Part shown: positions 39,862 to 50,313 of the stretch, piece by piece
Numbering within the stretch: position 1 is the first letter of the stretch
How the letters are laid out: each line of letters begins with the position of its first letter
IMG/VR virus record: IMGVR_UViG_2663762648_000013
Strand: one strand, 5' to 3'
Source: a virus
Taxonomy: Duplodnaviria > Heunggongvirae > Uroviricota > Caudoviricetes
Length of the DNA: 61,430 nucleotides
The notes under the pieces: generated by a model
Database searches by the model: none
Seen by the model: only the letters and a program-made list of their open reading frames with translations
Told to the model about the DNA's origin: nothing
Program-made: the position numbers and the translations under genes

Positions 39862-40884
39862 TTAAAATTCATGAATGAACGGTTTGTCATCTGGTTGCAA
39901 AATGGTGGTTTTATTCGTTGCTACATTTAAACTGTTGTAGAGCATAATTGCCAGGTTCGATGCATTTTCAATCAGCGTTTCAAGATCCTGGTCTGTAATC
40001 ACTACGAGGTTCCCTTCTTTATCCTTTCCACCACGATGCACTAAGTGATTTCGATTGAGGGTTGCCAATTCAATAGCTTCTATCGGACAGTCTTTTTGTA
40101 CTTTTATATCGAATGTAGCTTCATAGCGGTCGATTACCTTTTTAGTGCTATGCCAGCTTGCACTGATCAAGTGTTCCTTGATTGACCTGATTAGCTCTCC
40201 CCTAATTTTCTCGATGGGTTCACCCTTGAAAGGCAACGCAGCAATATCTTTGCTTACTTTAAATTCAGTCTTACCTTTTTCTATACAATTGGCTATGTAG
40301 ACATCATCTTTCTCTATAGAATTAATGAATAGCTCAACATAAAGCGTTTCCAAAGCTGTAATAACATTCGTGTAGAGCAAACTAAGCAAGTGGTTTTTTT
40401 GCTGTTGTTCAGTTTTATCTTTTGCAAGTTTTTTTATTTTATCGATATTATCAATGAATTTTAAATACGGATTACCGGAAGACGTTACAGCGTCGTAGAT
40501 ATCATCATCGTACCAATCATCTATATTATTTGAGTTTCCAGACCAGTCAAAACATTGTGTTTGTAATTCATCTACTAATTCCTCAATATACTCAGATTTA
40601 ACATATTGACCGAAGATGGATTGTAGTTCTTCGCTCGCATCATACGGCCCGCCATATATGTAAGCATAGCCACCTTCTCTACTTTCATACGGACAAGCAT
40701 TTGCCGGATCTTCAAAGTTTTCAAAGAACCAGTTTTTCATTACTTCGAGTTGATCTTTTTTGCTTATGTATTTTAAAGATTTTAGTGGAACTTTCTTTCC
40801 ATTAACCTCGAAAACAATTTTCACGATGTAACGCTCCCTTGTATCAATTGCGCAACTATTATACCACAGCGAAATACAGGGCAT
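39862..40884 (-). CDS. hypothetical protein A (340 aa) with HEPN-type RNxxxH motif; first gene of candidate accessory cassette
   Basis: ORF 39862-40953; start set to ATG 40884 preceded by AAGGAGG; motif LNRNHLVHRGG at 40027-40053; low GC. Confidence 0.65.
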   Translation of the reverse strand: MPCISLWYNSCAIDTRERYIVKIVFEVNGKKVPLKSLKYISKKDQLEVMKNWFFENFEDPANACPYESREGGYAYIYGGPYDASEELQSIFGQYVKSEYIEELVDELQTQCFDWSGNSNNIDDWYDDDIYDAVTSSGNPYLKFIDNIDKIKKLAKDKTEQQQKNHLLSLLYTNVITALETLYVELFINSIEKDDVYIANCIEKGKTEFKVSKDIAALPFKGEPIEKIRGELIRSIKEHLISASWHSTKKVIDRYEATFDIKVQKDCPIEAIELATLNRNHLVHRGGKDKEGNLVVITDQDLETLIENASNLAIMLYNSLNVATNKTTILQPDDKPFIHEF

Positions 40885-41022
40885 AACCTGCCTCCTTAAA
40901 CTAACATACCATGAGCCAGCAATGTCCGCTATTGGCACAAAGCGGACAACCACGCTAGCTCTCCCCTGTGCCAGAAAAATGTCAATTTACATATGAACTA
41001 ATGCTCTTTGATCTAGTAACGT

Positions 41023-41439
41023 CTATAAATACCGAAGATTTCCTTGATAAAATGCCAGTACACGTTTCATAACTTCACTCTTCCGGCACTCGCGACAGAT
41101 TATGTTCTGACGCCTGTCATAGCGGCGTATTTCTCCGTCTGGTAATGACCAGATAAGGTCAGGATCAACCACAACCGTTTTTTTCACCTTTGCCCTGGAT
41201 AGTTTTTTGCGGGCGTTTTTCCAATCCTTACGAGCCTGTTCAGACGGGAATAACCCGTAGCCAGAGTTGTATACATCCCCACTGGCAACCAGCTCTCTGG
41301 CGAGAACGCTTATTAAATATCTTGTCGCCCCGGTTTTAGCTTCCAGTTGTCGTAACGTCTCGCGCCCACTCTGGCGTACGAGTTCAACAACCTGCCCCTT
41401 AATTTTTTCCCGCTCTTCCTGTGTAAATACTTTTGCCAT
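41023..41439 (-). CDS. winged-helix DNA-binding protein (138 aa), prophage early region
   Basis: N-terminal HTH-like segment; C-terminal CRECRK; three diverged paralogues in window. Confidence 0.55.
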   Translation of the reverse strand: MAKVFTQEEREKIKGQVVELVRQSGRETLRQLEAKTGATRYLISVLARELVASGDVYNSGYGLFPSEQARKDWKNARKKLSRAKVKKTVVVDPDLIWSLPDGEIRRYDRRQNIICRECRKSEVMKRVLAFYQGNLRYL

Positions 41440-41454
41440 AAGCGCCCCCGGCAA

Positions 41455-42180
41455 TCACTTTTCCGACACAATACGACCGGAGGAATCGACAATCTGTCGA
41501 ACAATATCCCGGTGCTTGTTCAGCTCCCGCAACGCGGCGCAGACACGCTCCCACTTCTGGACATGACTTTTCGCCCGACGCAGTTCGCGGTTTGCCATAT
41601 GCAGCGATGGTAAAACCAGGTCATCCGCTTGCGTTTCGGTGAACGATGGCAACGACTGCACAATGTCCGCCACAGTTTCTGTTTTAATTTCTTCCTGTGT
41701 TGCAGCTTCCTGTACCGGTAACGCAACACCTGCTGGCTGAGGAAAGACTTTACCATCCGTTTCCGCTATGGATGCGGCTTTCGGCTCTGCCGGTAAATCA
41801 GCGCCCGGTATGCAGTACCGAAATTTACCGCCCTGATTCACGCGAATCAGACGCCCTTTGCTGATTGCCATGGCCAGCGATGAATTCGCCCGGCGGGAGG
41901 TAATCCCGAACATCAGTGCCAGCTCATCCGCCGTTTGTGGGCCATGTTGTTCAATCGCCTCAGTCAGCATTTGCGCTGTCACTTTCGGTACCGGTGACAC
42001 TGGTTCACTTTCACCAGCCTGAATCAGCCACCACATCGAACCCTTGTTATCCGCTTCACCACGGCGCTTCAGTTTCCACAGTTCGTTGACCGCATCTTCA
42101 CGGCTGATTCCAAGGCGGGACGCCACCACATGTGAAGAGGCTCTTTTCAGTGCTTTCAGTGCGTCAAATACAGTTTCCAT
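41455..42180 (-). CDS. prophage early-region protein (241 aa, winged-helix repeats)
   Basis: ORF 41455-42198 trimmed to ATG 42180 preceded by GGAGGA; paralogue at 43577-44338. Confidence 0.5.
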   Translation of the reverse strand: METVFDALKALKRASSHVVASRLGISREDAVNELWKLKRRGEADNKGSMWWLIQAGESEPVSPVPKVTAQMLTEAIEQHGPQTADELALMFGITSRRANSSLAMAISKGRLIRVNQGGKFRYCIPGADLPAEPKAASIAETDGKVFPQPAGVALPVQEAATQEEIKTETVADIVQSLPSFTETQADDLVLPSLHMANRELRRAKSHVQKWERVCAALRELNKHRDIVRQIVDSSGRIVSEK

Positions 42181-42198
42181 TAAAACATCCTCCAACAA

Positions 42199-42391
42199 AA
42201 ATTACTTCACAACTCCCGGAAAGCTGACATTTGAACGCCAGCTATCCCAGTTAAACGTCACCCACCGACAACCGTTCATGGTCATGCGGTCCATAATCCT
42301 CTCACCAAGAAGCGTGCTCATTGCGGCATGATTCAGGTTTGTTAACATCCCGACACTGCACAGTGATGCTGTCCGGCGATCAATTATCTGG
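42199..42391 (-). CDS. DnaC-like helicase loader, C-terminal fragment (diverged allele; truncated at N 42392)
   Basis: Minus-strand translation parallels the C-terminus of the ydaV-like genes. Confidence 0.4.
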
Positions 42392-42392
42392 N

Positions 42393-43006
42393 TTACCTTT
42401 TTCTATACAATTGGCTATGTAGACATCATCTTTCTCTATAGAATTAATGAATAGCTCAACATAAAGCGTTTCCAAAGCTGTAATAACATTCGTGTAGAGC
42501 AAACTAAGCAAGTGGTTTTTTTGCTGTTGTTCAGTTTTATCTTTTGCAAGTTTTTTTATTTTATCGATATTATCAATGAATTTTAAATACGGATTACCGG
42601 AAGACGTTACAGCGTCGTAGATATCATCATCGTACCAATCATCTATATTATTTGAGTTTCCAGACCAGTCAAAACATTGTGTTTGTAATTCATCTACTAA
42701 TTCCTCAATATACTCAGATTTAACATATTGACCGAAGATGGATTGTAGTTCTTCGCTCGCATCATACGGCCCGCCATATATGTAAGCATAGCCACCTTCT
42801 CTACTTTCATACGGACAAGCATTTGCCGGATCTTCAAAGTTTTCAAAGAACCAGTTTTTCATTACTTCGAGTTGATCTTTTTTGCTTATGTATTTTAAAG
42901 ATTTTAGTGGAACTTTCTTTCCATTAACCTCGAAAACAATTTTCACGATGTAACGCTCCCTTGTATCAATTGCGCAACTATTATACCACAGCGAAATACA
43001 GGGCAT
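42393..43006 (-). CDS. second copy of cassette protein A, N-terminal part only (truncated at N 42392)
   Basis: Identical in translation to 40271-40884 including the upstream AAGGAGG. Confidence 0.5.
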
Positions 43007-43144
43007 AACCTGCCTCCTTAAACTAACATACCATGAGCCAGCAATGTCCGCTATTGGCACAAAGCGGACAACCACGCTAGCTCTCCCCTGTGCCAGAAAA
43101 ATGTCAATTTACATATGAACTAATGCTCTTTGATCTAGTAACGT

Positions 43145-43561
43145 CTATAAATACCGAAGATTTCCTTGATAAAATGCCAGTACACGTTTCATAACTTCAC
43201 TCTTCCGGCACTCGCGACAGATTATGTTCTGACGCCTGTCATAGCGGCGTATTTCTCCGTCTGGTAATGACCAGATAAGGTCAGGATCAACCACAACCGT
43301 TTTTTTCACCTTTGCCCTGGATAGTTTTTTGCGGGCGTTTTTCCAATCCTTACGAGCCTGTTCAGACGGGAATAACCCATAGCCAGAGTTGTATACATCG
43401 CCACTGGCAACCAACTCTCTGGCAAGAATGCTCATCAGATATCTTGTCGCACCTGTCTTGGCCTCCAGTTGCCTTAACGTCTCGCGCCCACTCTGGCGTA
43501 CCAACTCAACAACCTGCTCCTTAATTTTTTCACGCTCTTCCTGTGTAAAAACTTTTGCCAT
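43145..43561 (-). CDS. winged-helix DNA-binding protein (paralogue of 41023-41439)
   Basis: 143-aa ORF, near-identical protein. Confidence 0.55.
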   Translation of the reverse strand: MAKVFTQEEREKIKEQVVELVRQSGRETLRQLEAKTGATRYLMSILARELVASGDVYNSGYGLFPSEQARKDWKNARKKLSRAKVKKTVVVDPDLIWSLPDGEIRRYDRRQNIICRECRKSEVMKRVLAFYQGNLRYL

Positions 43562-43576
43562 AAGCGCCTCCGGCAA

Positions 43577-44338
43577 TCACTTTTCCGACACAATACGACT
43601 GGAGGAATCGACAATCTGTCGGACAATATCCCGGTGCTTGTTCAGCTCCCGCAGCGCGGCGCAGACTCGCTCCCACTTCTGGACATGATTTTTCGCCCGA
43701 CGCAGTTCGCGGTTTGCCATATGCAGCGATGGTAAAACTAGGTCATCCGCTTGCGTTTCGGTGAACGATGGCAACGACTGCACAATGTCCGCCACAGTTT
43801 CTGTTTTAATATCTTCCTGTGTTGCCGCTTCCTGTACTGGTAACGCAACACCGGCTGGCTGAGGAAAGGCTTTACCATCAGTTTCCGCTACCGATGCAGC
43901 TTTCGGCTCTGCTGGTAAATTATCGCCCGGCATGCAGTAACGAAATTTACTGTTCTGGTTTACGCGAATCAGGCGTCCTTTGCTGATTGCCATTGCCAGC
44001 GTTGAAGCAACTTTGCGGGATGTTGTACCGAACAGCGTAGCCAGTTCATCCGCCGTTTGTGGTCCGCGTTGTTCAATCGTCGCGGTTAAATCGCACTCTG
44101 AGATTTTCACTACAGTTGCCGTGGTGGTTTCTTCCGGCAGTTCTGCCTGCATTGGCTGTTCCTGCTGAACGTTGTTATCAGCCACACGCCAGGTGTACGC
44201 GCTTTTATCAACGAAACCAGCTTTTTTCAGTTCCCATAGTTCGTTCAGCACTTCTTCACGACTGATATCAAGTCGCGCAGCAAGTTCTATGGATGTGGCT
44301 TTTCCCATTGCTTTCAGTGCGTCAAAAACAGTCTCCAT
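43577..44338 (-). CDS. prophage early-region protein (253 aa, paralogue of 41455-42180)
   Basis: ORF 43577-44389 trimmed to ATG 44338 preceded by GGGAGGA. Confidence 0.5.
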   Translation of the reverse strand: METVFDALKAMGKATSIELAARLDISREEVLNELWELKKAGFVDKSAYTWRVADNNVQQEQPMQAELPEETTTATVVKISECDLTATIEQRGPQTADELATLFGTTSRKVASTLAMAISKGRLIRVNQNSKFRYCMPGDNLPAEPKAASVAETDGKAFPQPAGVALPVQEAATQEDIKTETVADIVQSLPSFTETQADDLVLPSLHMANRELRRAKNHVQKWERVCAALRELNKHRDIVRQIVDSSSRIVSEK

Positions 44339-44360
44339 AAAAATTTCCTCCCGGTAAAAA

Positions 44361-45107
44361 TTACTTCTCAATTCCTGGCTGGACGACATTCGGACGCCAG
44401 CTCTCCCAGTTAAAATTCACCCATCGCCCGCCGTTCATGGTCATGCGATCCATAATCCGCTCGCCGAGCAATGTTTTCATGGCCTCATAGTTCAGGTTTG
44501 TCAGCATCCCCACGCTGCGCATCGACGCTGTCCGGCGATCAACAATCTGGTGCAGCACCACCTGCTCGTTTTTCGTCTCGCGCTGAATGCCAATTTCATC
44601 AAGAACCAGCAGATCCACTTCGCATAGTTCCCGCAAAAATTTTTCGCCTGACTGCCCATCGTCATAGCTGGCGTGCAGGGCACTCATAACATCAGCCACG
44701 GTAACCACAATCACTGTCTGACCGTCTTTCAGCAGGCGATTCCCGATAGCTGCCGCTAAGTGGTTCTTCCCGGTACCAGGTTTTCCGCTGAACGCAAAAT
44801 TTGTACACCCGGTCATCAGTTCATCAGCGATGGATTTCGCCTGACTCAACGCGTATCGCTGCGCTTCGTTCTGCACCTGGTAATTCGAAAACGAGCATTT
44901 GCGGTGCAATGGCTGGATGCCAGAGCGATTCAGAATTTTTTCCACCCGCAACTGGCGATTCAGGCGGTTGATCTCCTCGCTACGTTTCTGGCCTTCAGCA
45001 AGTTGCCACTCGCGCCACTCCGCTACCGTTCTGAATGGGGCGGTTACATGTGGCGGGGTCAGTCGGCGGATGCGTTCCAGAACGCCGCCTGTCGCAATAT
45101 TTTTCAT
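44361..45107 (-). CDS. DnaC-like replication protein / helicase loader (YdaV-like)
   Basis: Walker [14 protein letters not shown] and Walker B LLVLDEIG. Confidence 0.85.
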   Translation of the reverse strand: MKNIATGGVLERIRRLTPPHVTAPFRTVAEWREWQLAEGQKRSEEINRLNRQLRVEKILNRSGIQPLHRKCSFSNYQVQNEAQRYALSQAKSIADELMTGCTNFAFSGKPGTGKNHLAAAIGNRLLKDGQTVIVVTVADVMSALHASYDDGQSGEKFLRELCEVDLLVLDEIGIQRETKNEQVVLHQIVDRRTASMRSVGMLTNLNYEAMKTLLGERIMDRMTMNGGRWVNFNWESWRPNVVQPGIEK

Positions 45108-45113
45108 GGTCCG

Positions 45114-45383
45114 TTACCCCCTGAAGCCTGGCGGGATCGCACTGTCCGGCAACGAGACGGTGTTAACCTGTCGGAGCAACGTCTCAGGCCGAACACCTTT
45201 CGGCGCGAACAGGCCCTGGTATTCATTGGCGATGCTGTGTCGAATCACCTGCTCAGGTGTAAAACCCTGCTGACGGAATTTTTCCAGTTCCCGTATCGCC
45301 CCGTTAGCGCCCTGCTCCGTTCGAATCGGTTTTCGCAATGCCTGTCTGAACCGGACCCACTCATGCCAGAGTGTTTCCGGCAA
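45114..45383 (-). pseudogene. replication initiator C-terminal domain (YdaU-like), apparently frameshifted variant
   Basis: 89-aa ORF matches the C-terminus of the 285-aa protein at 51642-52499; upstream homologous coding continues in another frame across an A/T run near 45417-45422. Confidence 0.45.
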
Positions 45384-45552
45384 CCAATCGGGCAGCTCAA
45401 TAGCCTCCGGCTCGAATTTTTTAGACGCTCGTTTTTGGCGAGGGGGAGATCAGTATTTAGATCTTCCTCTTCCTCTTCCTCTGGTAACGCTTTTTGATCC
45501 GTTTGTGTAACGCTGGCAGCGTTACCTTTTCGTTTCAGTTCGCGTATTTTTG

Positions 45553-45804
45553 TTACTCGCTCGTTTGTAACCGCCCGTTTTTTTTAGAGCTTTTTCCGTT
45601 ATGACGTTCAAAGTTAGGTAGAGAAAGCCCTCCGTCATTTTCGACCAGCCATCCAACCTGAATTAACGCATCAGCAAAACCAGACATAAAAGTGATGCGA
45701 TCTATTGCACTTTTTGTAACGCCGCGAGCGTTACAATCTGCATTACCGTCTATCATTTGTTGATCCGCCCATGCCCAGAAGCGAATAACCTGAGGTAGCC
45801 TGAG
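45553..45804 (-). CDS. hypothetical early-region protein, partial (interrupted at N 45805)
   Basis: Duplicate of 49674-49911. Confidence 0.35.
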   Translation of the reverse strand, partial: LRLPQVIRFWAWADQQMIDGNADCNARGVTKSAIDRITFMSGFADALIQVGWLVENDGGLSLPNFERHNGKSSKKNGRLQTSE

Positions 45805-45805
45805 T

Positions 45806-46436
45806 TTAACGGACNGCGGTGTAGATTGGTATCGCGCAGAGAATACACACAGCCACAATATTCCTGCTGATAGAATTTTTCGCGCTTGCTGATTTCAATC
45901 ATACGGGACGAGCCGCCCTGCTTGCGCCAGTTATAATCCCAGTACACCATGCCCGGATAATGCGCGACGGCTCGCCGCCCACAGTCGTTAACCTGCTGCA
46001 TATTTTTCCAGCGTGAAATGCCCAGTGAACTGCTGATCACACTGAAACCATTTTCAGCGGCGTACAGCGCTGTCCGCTCAAAACGCATGTCAAAACACAT
46101 GGTGCAACGGATCCCTCGTTCGGGCTCCCATTCCATTCCTTTGGCTCGTTCAAACCAGTTGTCTGTGTCGTAATCAGCATCAATAAACGGCACGCCGTGT
46201 TGTTCAGCAAAGCGAATATTCTCATCCTTACGAATTAAATACTCTTTCTGAGGATGAATGTTCGGGTTGTAGAAAAAGATGGTGTAGTCGATTCCCGAGG
46301 CCTGAAGCGCCTCCATCACCTCACCGGAACATGGAGCACAGCAAGAGTGCAGTAGTAGTTTGTTTGCCCCGTTTGGGAGCTCCAATTTGGGCCGTTTGAA
46401 ATCAGCAACTGTCATAAATATGTTTATTGGGGTCAT
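45806..46436 (-). CDS. epoxyqueuosine reductase QueH-like protein (DUF208), 3' end at N 45805
   Basis: N-terminal [11 protein letters not shown] motif and C-terminal EYCGCVYS, as I recall for QueH. Confidence 0.65.
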
Positions 46437-46583
46437 AAAAATATCAAAGAGTGTAGCATTAGAACGGGGCTATCGGAAACAGATGTGTGACTGCTCCCCG
46501 CCCTTTCGGGTGGTCTCCTGATGATTTGAGGGTGCAGAAATCCCTCCGGTTAAGGATTAAATTTTTAACAGTGCTAAATTTAA

Positions 46584-46940
46584 TTATTCAGTTCTGGATT
46601 TTGTCGCCCTGCGTATCCGCGCTTTCGCGTTACGCTCAATCTGTATCAGCTTTTCTATATTTCTCCGCCTTTCCTGTTCCTCCTGGCGCAATAGCCTTAC
46701 ATCATCTGCCAGTCTGGTTTCTCTTTTTGCCACAGAGAGCATCCAGTCAAACGGCTCCACAACCGCACCGCAGATTTTACAGCGGACCTGACGCTCTTTT
46801 TCGTCAACCCGTACAGAGGCGTGATGGCAATATGGTCTTTCCGATGGCTCATAAAGAAAATTAACCTGATTACGAGGGTCATCCTCTTTTACCGGAAATA
46901 AAACGATATTGCTTAACTCATCTTCTGGTTTTATTTCCAT
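46584..46940 (-). CDS. hypothetical protein (118 aa) with Cys/His cluster and basic coiled-coil tail
   Basis: ORF 46584-46997 trimmed to ATG 46940 preceded by AAAGGAGAGGAG. Confidence 0.45.
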   Translation of the reverse strand: MEIKPEDELSNIVLFPVKEDDPRNQVNFLYEPSERPYCHHASVRVDEKERQVRCKICGAVVEPFDWMLSVAKRETRLADDVRLLRQEEQERRRNIEKLIQIERNAKARIRRATKSRTE

Positions 46941-46997
46941 GCTCCTCTCCTTTGATGCGAATGCCAGCGGTAATTGAAGCCTGATAGCTAATTTCAT

Positions 46998-47420
46998 TCA
47001 CAGTATCGCCTCCTGAAAATTACCCTGATAGAAAGCCAGTACACGCTGCATAGCTTCGCTCTTCCGGCACTCGCGACAGATTATATTCAGGCGCCTGTCG
47101 TAGCGGCGTATTTCTCCGTCAGGTAATGACCAGATAAGGTCCGGATCAACAACAACCGGTTTCCTCACCTTTACTCTCGAGAGTTTTTTGCGGGCGCTTT
47201 GCCAGTCCTTGCGAGCCTGTTCAGACGGGAATAAGCCGTAGCCAGAATTATATACATCACCACTTGCGACCAGTTCTATGCATAAGCGACCGACAGACGC
47301 ACGACTGATACCTGTTTCATCTGACAACTGCCGAATCGTGACCCGACCGTCCTGATGCACGAGTTCCACAATTCGCGTCTTCAGTTCTTCCCGCTGTTCG
47401 GGAGTAAAAGGTTTCGCCAT
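46998..47420 (-). CDS. winged-helix DNA-binding protein (third, more diverged paralogue)
   Basis: 140-aa ORF with conserved ...DVYNSGYGLFPSEQARKDW...CRECRKSE. Confidence 0.55.
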   Translation of the reverse strand: MAKPFTPEQREELKTRIVELVHQDGRVTIRQLSDETGISRASVGRLCIELVASGDVYNSGYGLFPSEQARKDWQSARKKLSRVKVRKPVVVDPDLIWSLPDGEIRRYDRRLNIICRECRKSEAMQRVLAFYQGNFQEAIL

Positions 47421-47434
47421 AAATCCTCCTGAAA

Positions 47435-48181
47435 CTACTTAACAACCCTCGAATGGCTAACATTCGGACGCCAGCTCTCCCAGTTAAAATTCACCCAGCG
47501 CCCGCCGTTCATGACCATGCGATCCATCACCCGCTCGCCGAGCAATGTTTTCATCACCTCATAGTTCAGGTTTGTCAGCATCCCCACGCTGCGCATCGAC
47601 GCTGTCCGGCGATCAACAATCTGGTGCAGCACCACCTGCTCGTTTTTCGTCTCGCGCTGAATGCCAATTTCATCAAGAACCAGCAGATCCACTTCGCACA
47701 GCTCCCGCAAAAATTTTTCGCCTGACTGCCCGTCGTCATAGCTGGCGTGCAGGGCGCTCATAACATCAGCCACGGTAACCACAATCACTGTCTGACCGTC
47801 TTTCAGCAGGCGATTCCCGATAGCTGCCGCTAAGTGATTCTTCCCGGTACCAGGTTTTCCGCTGAACGCAAAATTTGTACACCCGGTCATCAGTTCATCG
47901 GCGATGGATTTCGCCTGGCTTAACGCGTATCGCTGGCCGTCGTTCTGCACCTGGTAATTCGCAAACGAGCATTTACGGTGCAACGGCTGGATGCCTGAGC
48001 GATTCAGAATTTTTTCCACCCGCAACTGACGATTCTGACGGTTGATCTCCTCACAACGTTTCTGGCCTTCGGAAAGTTGCCACTCGCGCCACTCCGCTAC
48101 CGTCTTGAATGGCGCGGTTACATGTGACGGGGCCAGTCTGCGGATACGTTCAAGAACGTCGCCTGTCGCAATATTTTTCAT
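47435..48181 (-). CDS. DnaC-like replication protein / helicase loader (YdaV-like), second allele
   Basis: 248-aa ORF with Walker A/B motifs. Confidence 0.85.
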   Translation of the reverse strand: MKNIATGDVLERIRRLAPSHVTAPFKTVAEWREWQLSEGQKRCEEINRQNRQLRVEKILNRSGIQPLHRKCSFANYQVQNDGQRYALSQAKSIADELMTGCTNFAFSGKPGTGKNHLAAAIGNRLLKDGQTVIVVTVADVMSALHASYDDGQSGEKFLRELCEVDLLVLDEIGIQRETKNEQVVLHQIVDRRTASMRSVGMLTNLNYEVMKTLLGERVMDRMVMNGGRWVNFNWESWRPNVSHSRVVK

Positions 48182-48187
48182 GGTCAG

Positions 48188-48820
48188 TTACCCCCTGAAG
48201 CCTGGCGGGATCGCACTGTCCGGCAACGAGACGGTGTTAACCTGTCGGAGCAACGTCTCAGGCCGAACACCTTTCGGCGCGAACAGGCCCTGGTATTCAT
48301 TGGCGATGCTGTGTCGAATCACCTGCTCAGGTGAAAAACCCTGCTGGCGGAATTTTTCCAGCTCCCGTATCGCCCCGTTAGCGCCCTGCTCCGTTCGAAT
48401 CGGTTTTCGCAATGCCTGGCGAAATTCAACCCACTCACGCCAAAGCGAGACAGAAATCCAGTTCGGCAAAGCAATATCCAGAGGGTCAAACTTTTTGACA
48501 CCTCGATTCCCCCGGGGGGGATTTAGGGGGGGATCTGTTTTTAGATCTTTATCTGTATCTTTATTAGTTGCCTTTGTGTTGACATCATGTTCAAACACCA
48601 CTTCAACATCTGTTTGAACACCTGTTAAATTTCTCTCTTGTTTTGTTTGAACATCTGCTTCCTTTCTGCTTCTTCTGGCCTGAACAGATGCTTTTCCTGC
48701 GGCTGATTTTTTGGTTAATTTTTCCCTGACTGATGCCAGATCTTCCTCAATCCGAAGATGCACCCATTCCTCGCCGTTATCGCAAAAAAACTCCTGCAAG
48801 GATGGTTCAACATCAGCCAC
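48188..48820 (-). CDS. YdaU-like replication protein, 3' two-thirds (part of chimeric ORF 48188-49228)
   Basis: Identical to 51642-52270; joins DnaC-like sequence at about 48821. Confidence 0.4.
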   Translation of the reverse strand: MADVEPSLQEFFCDNGEEWVHLRIEEDLASVREKLTKKSAAGKASVQARRSRKEADVQTKQERNLTGVQTDVEVVFEHDVNTKATNKDTDKDLKTDPPLNPPRGNRGVKKFDPLDIALPNWISVSLWREWVEFRQALRKPIRTEQGANGAIRELEKFRQQGFSPEQVIRHSIANEYQGLFAPKGVRPETLLRQVNTVSLPDSAIPPGFRG

Positions 48821-49228
48821 GGTAACCACAATCACTGTCTGACCGTCTTTCAGCAGGCGATTCCCGATAGCTGCCGCTAAGTGGTTCTTCCCGGTACCAG
48901 GTTTTCCGCTGAACGCAAAATTTGTACACCCGGTCATCAGTTCATCAGCGATGGATTTCGCCTGACTCAACGCGTATCGCTGCGCTTCGTTCTGCACCTG
49001 GTAATTCGAAAACGAGCATTTGCGGTGCAATGGCTGGATGCCAGAGCGATTCAGAATTTTTTCCACCCGCAACTGACGATTCTGACGGTTGATCTCCTCA
49101 CAACGTTTCTGGCCTTCGGAAAGTTGCCACTCGCGCCACTCCGCTACCGTCTTGAATGGCGCGGTTACATGTGACGGGGCCAGTCTGCGGATACGTTCAA
49201 GAACGTCGCCTGTCGCAATATTTTTCAT
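48821..49228 (-). CDS. DnaC-like replication protein, N-terminal part (fused in-frame to preceding fragment)
   Basis: Identical to the N-terminal region of the ydaV-like genes. Confidence 0.4.
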
Positions 49229-49234
49229 GGTCCG

Positions 49235-49504
49235 TTACCCCCTGAAGCCTGGCGGGATCGCACTATCCGGTAACGAGACGGTGTTAACCTGTCGGAGTAA
49301 CGTCTCAGGTCGAACACCTTTCGGCGCGAACAAGCCCTGGTATTCATTGGCGATGCTGTGTCGAATCACCTGCTCAGGTGTAAAACCCTGCTGACGGAAT
49401 TTTTCCAGTTCCCGTATCGCCCCGTTAGCGCCCTGCTCCGTTCGAATCGGTTTTCGCAATGCCTGTCTGAACCGGACCCACTCATGCCAGAGTGTTTCCG
49501 GCAA
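49235..49504 (-). pseudogene. YdaU-like C-terminal domain, duplicate of 45114-45383
   Basis: Identical 89-aa ORF. Confidence 0.4.
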
Positions 49505-49673
49505 CCAATCGGGCAGCTCAATAGCCTCCGGCTCGAATTTTTTAGACGCTCGTTTTTGGCGAGGGGGAGATCAGTATTTAGATCTTCCTCTTCCTCTTCC
49601 TCTGGTAACGCTTTTTGATCCGTTTGTGTAACGCTGGCAGCGTTACCTTTTCGTTTCAGTTCGCGTATTTTTG

Positions 49674-49911
49674 TTACTCGCTCGTTTGTAACCGCCCGTT
49701 TTTTTTAGAGCTTTTTCCGTTATGACGTTCAAAGTTAGGTAGAGAAAGCCCTCCGTCATTTTCGACCAGCCATCCAACCTGAATTAACGCATCAGCAAAA
49801 CCAGACATAAAAGTGATGCGATCTATTGCACTTTTTGTAACGCCGCGAGCGTTACAATCTGCATTACCGTCTATCATTTGTTGATCCGCCCATGCCCAGA
49901 AGCGAATAACC
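49674..49911 (-). CDS. hypothetical early-region protein (about 80 aa); 5' end abuts IS element
   Basis: ORF 49674-49937 in track; start lies inside the predicted IS end. Confidence 0.35.
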
Positions 49912-49975
49912 TGAGGTAGCCTGAGTTTAACGGACACTCCTTCCTGAAATAGAATGGCATCAGAAGGAGCTAATA

Positions 49976-50278
49976 ATGAGCAGAAAAACCCAACGTTACT
50001 CTAAAGAGTTCAAAGCCGAAGCTGTCAGAACGGTTCCTGAAAATCAACTTTCGATCAGTGAAGGCGCTTCCCGATTATCTCTTCCTGAAGGCACTTTAGG
50101 ACAATGGGTTACCGCCGCCAGAAAAGGGCTCGGTACTCCTGGTTCCCGCACGGTGGCTGAACTGGAATCTGAAATTCTGCAACTGCGTAAGGCGTTAAAT
50201 GAAGCTCGCCTTGAGCGAGATATATTAAAAAAAGCAACAGCGTATTTTGCACAGGAGTCGCTGAAAAATACGCGTTAA
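49976..50278 (+). CDS. IS3-family transposase OrfA
   Basis: 100-aa HTH/leucine-zipper ORF with an A7G slippery run (50227-50234). Confidence 0.8.
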   Translation: MSRKTQRYSKEFKAEAVRTVPENQLSISEGASRLSLPEGTLGQWVTAARKGLGTPGSRTVAELESEILQLRKALNEARLERDILKKATAYFAQESLKNTR

Positions 50279-50313
50279 TCGAACAATGGCGACAACAATT
50301 TCCCATTGAAGCG

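Noticed and set aside
44760-45497. 245-aa + strand ORF across the replication genes (also 48042-48617 and 51496-52071)
   Set aside because: Antisense to the well-supported DnaC-like and YdaU-like genes; no independent support.
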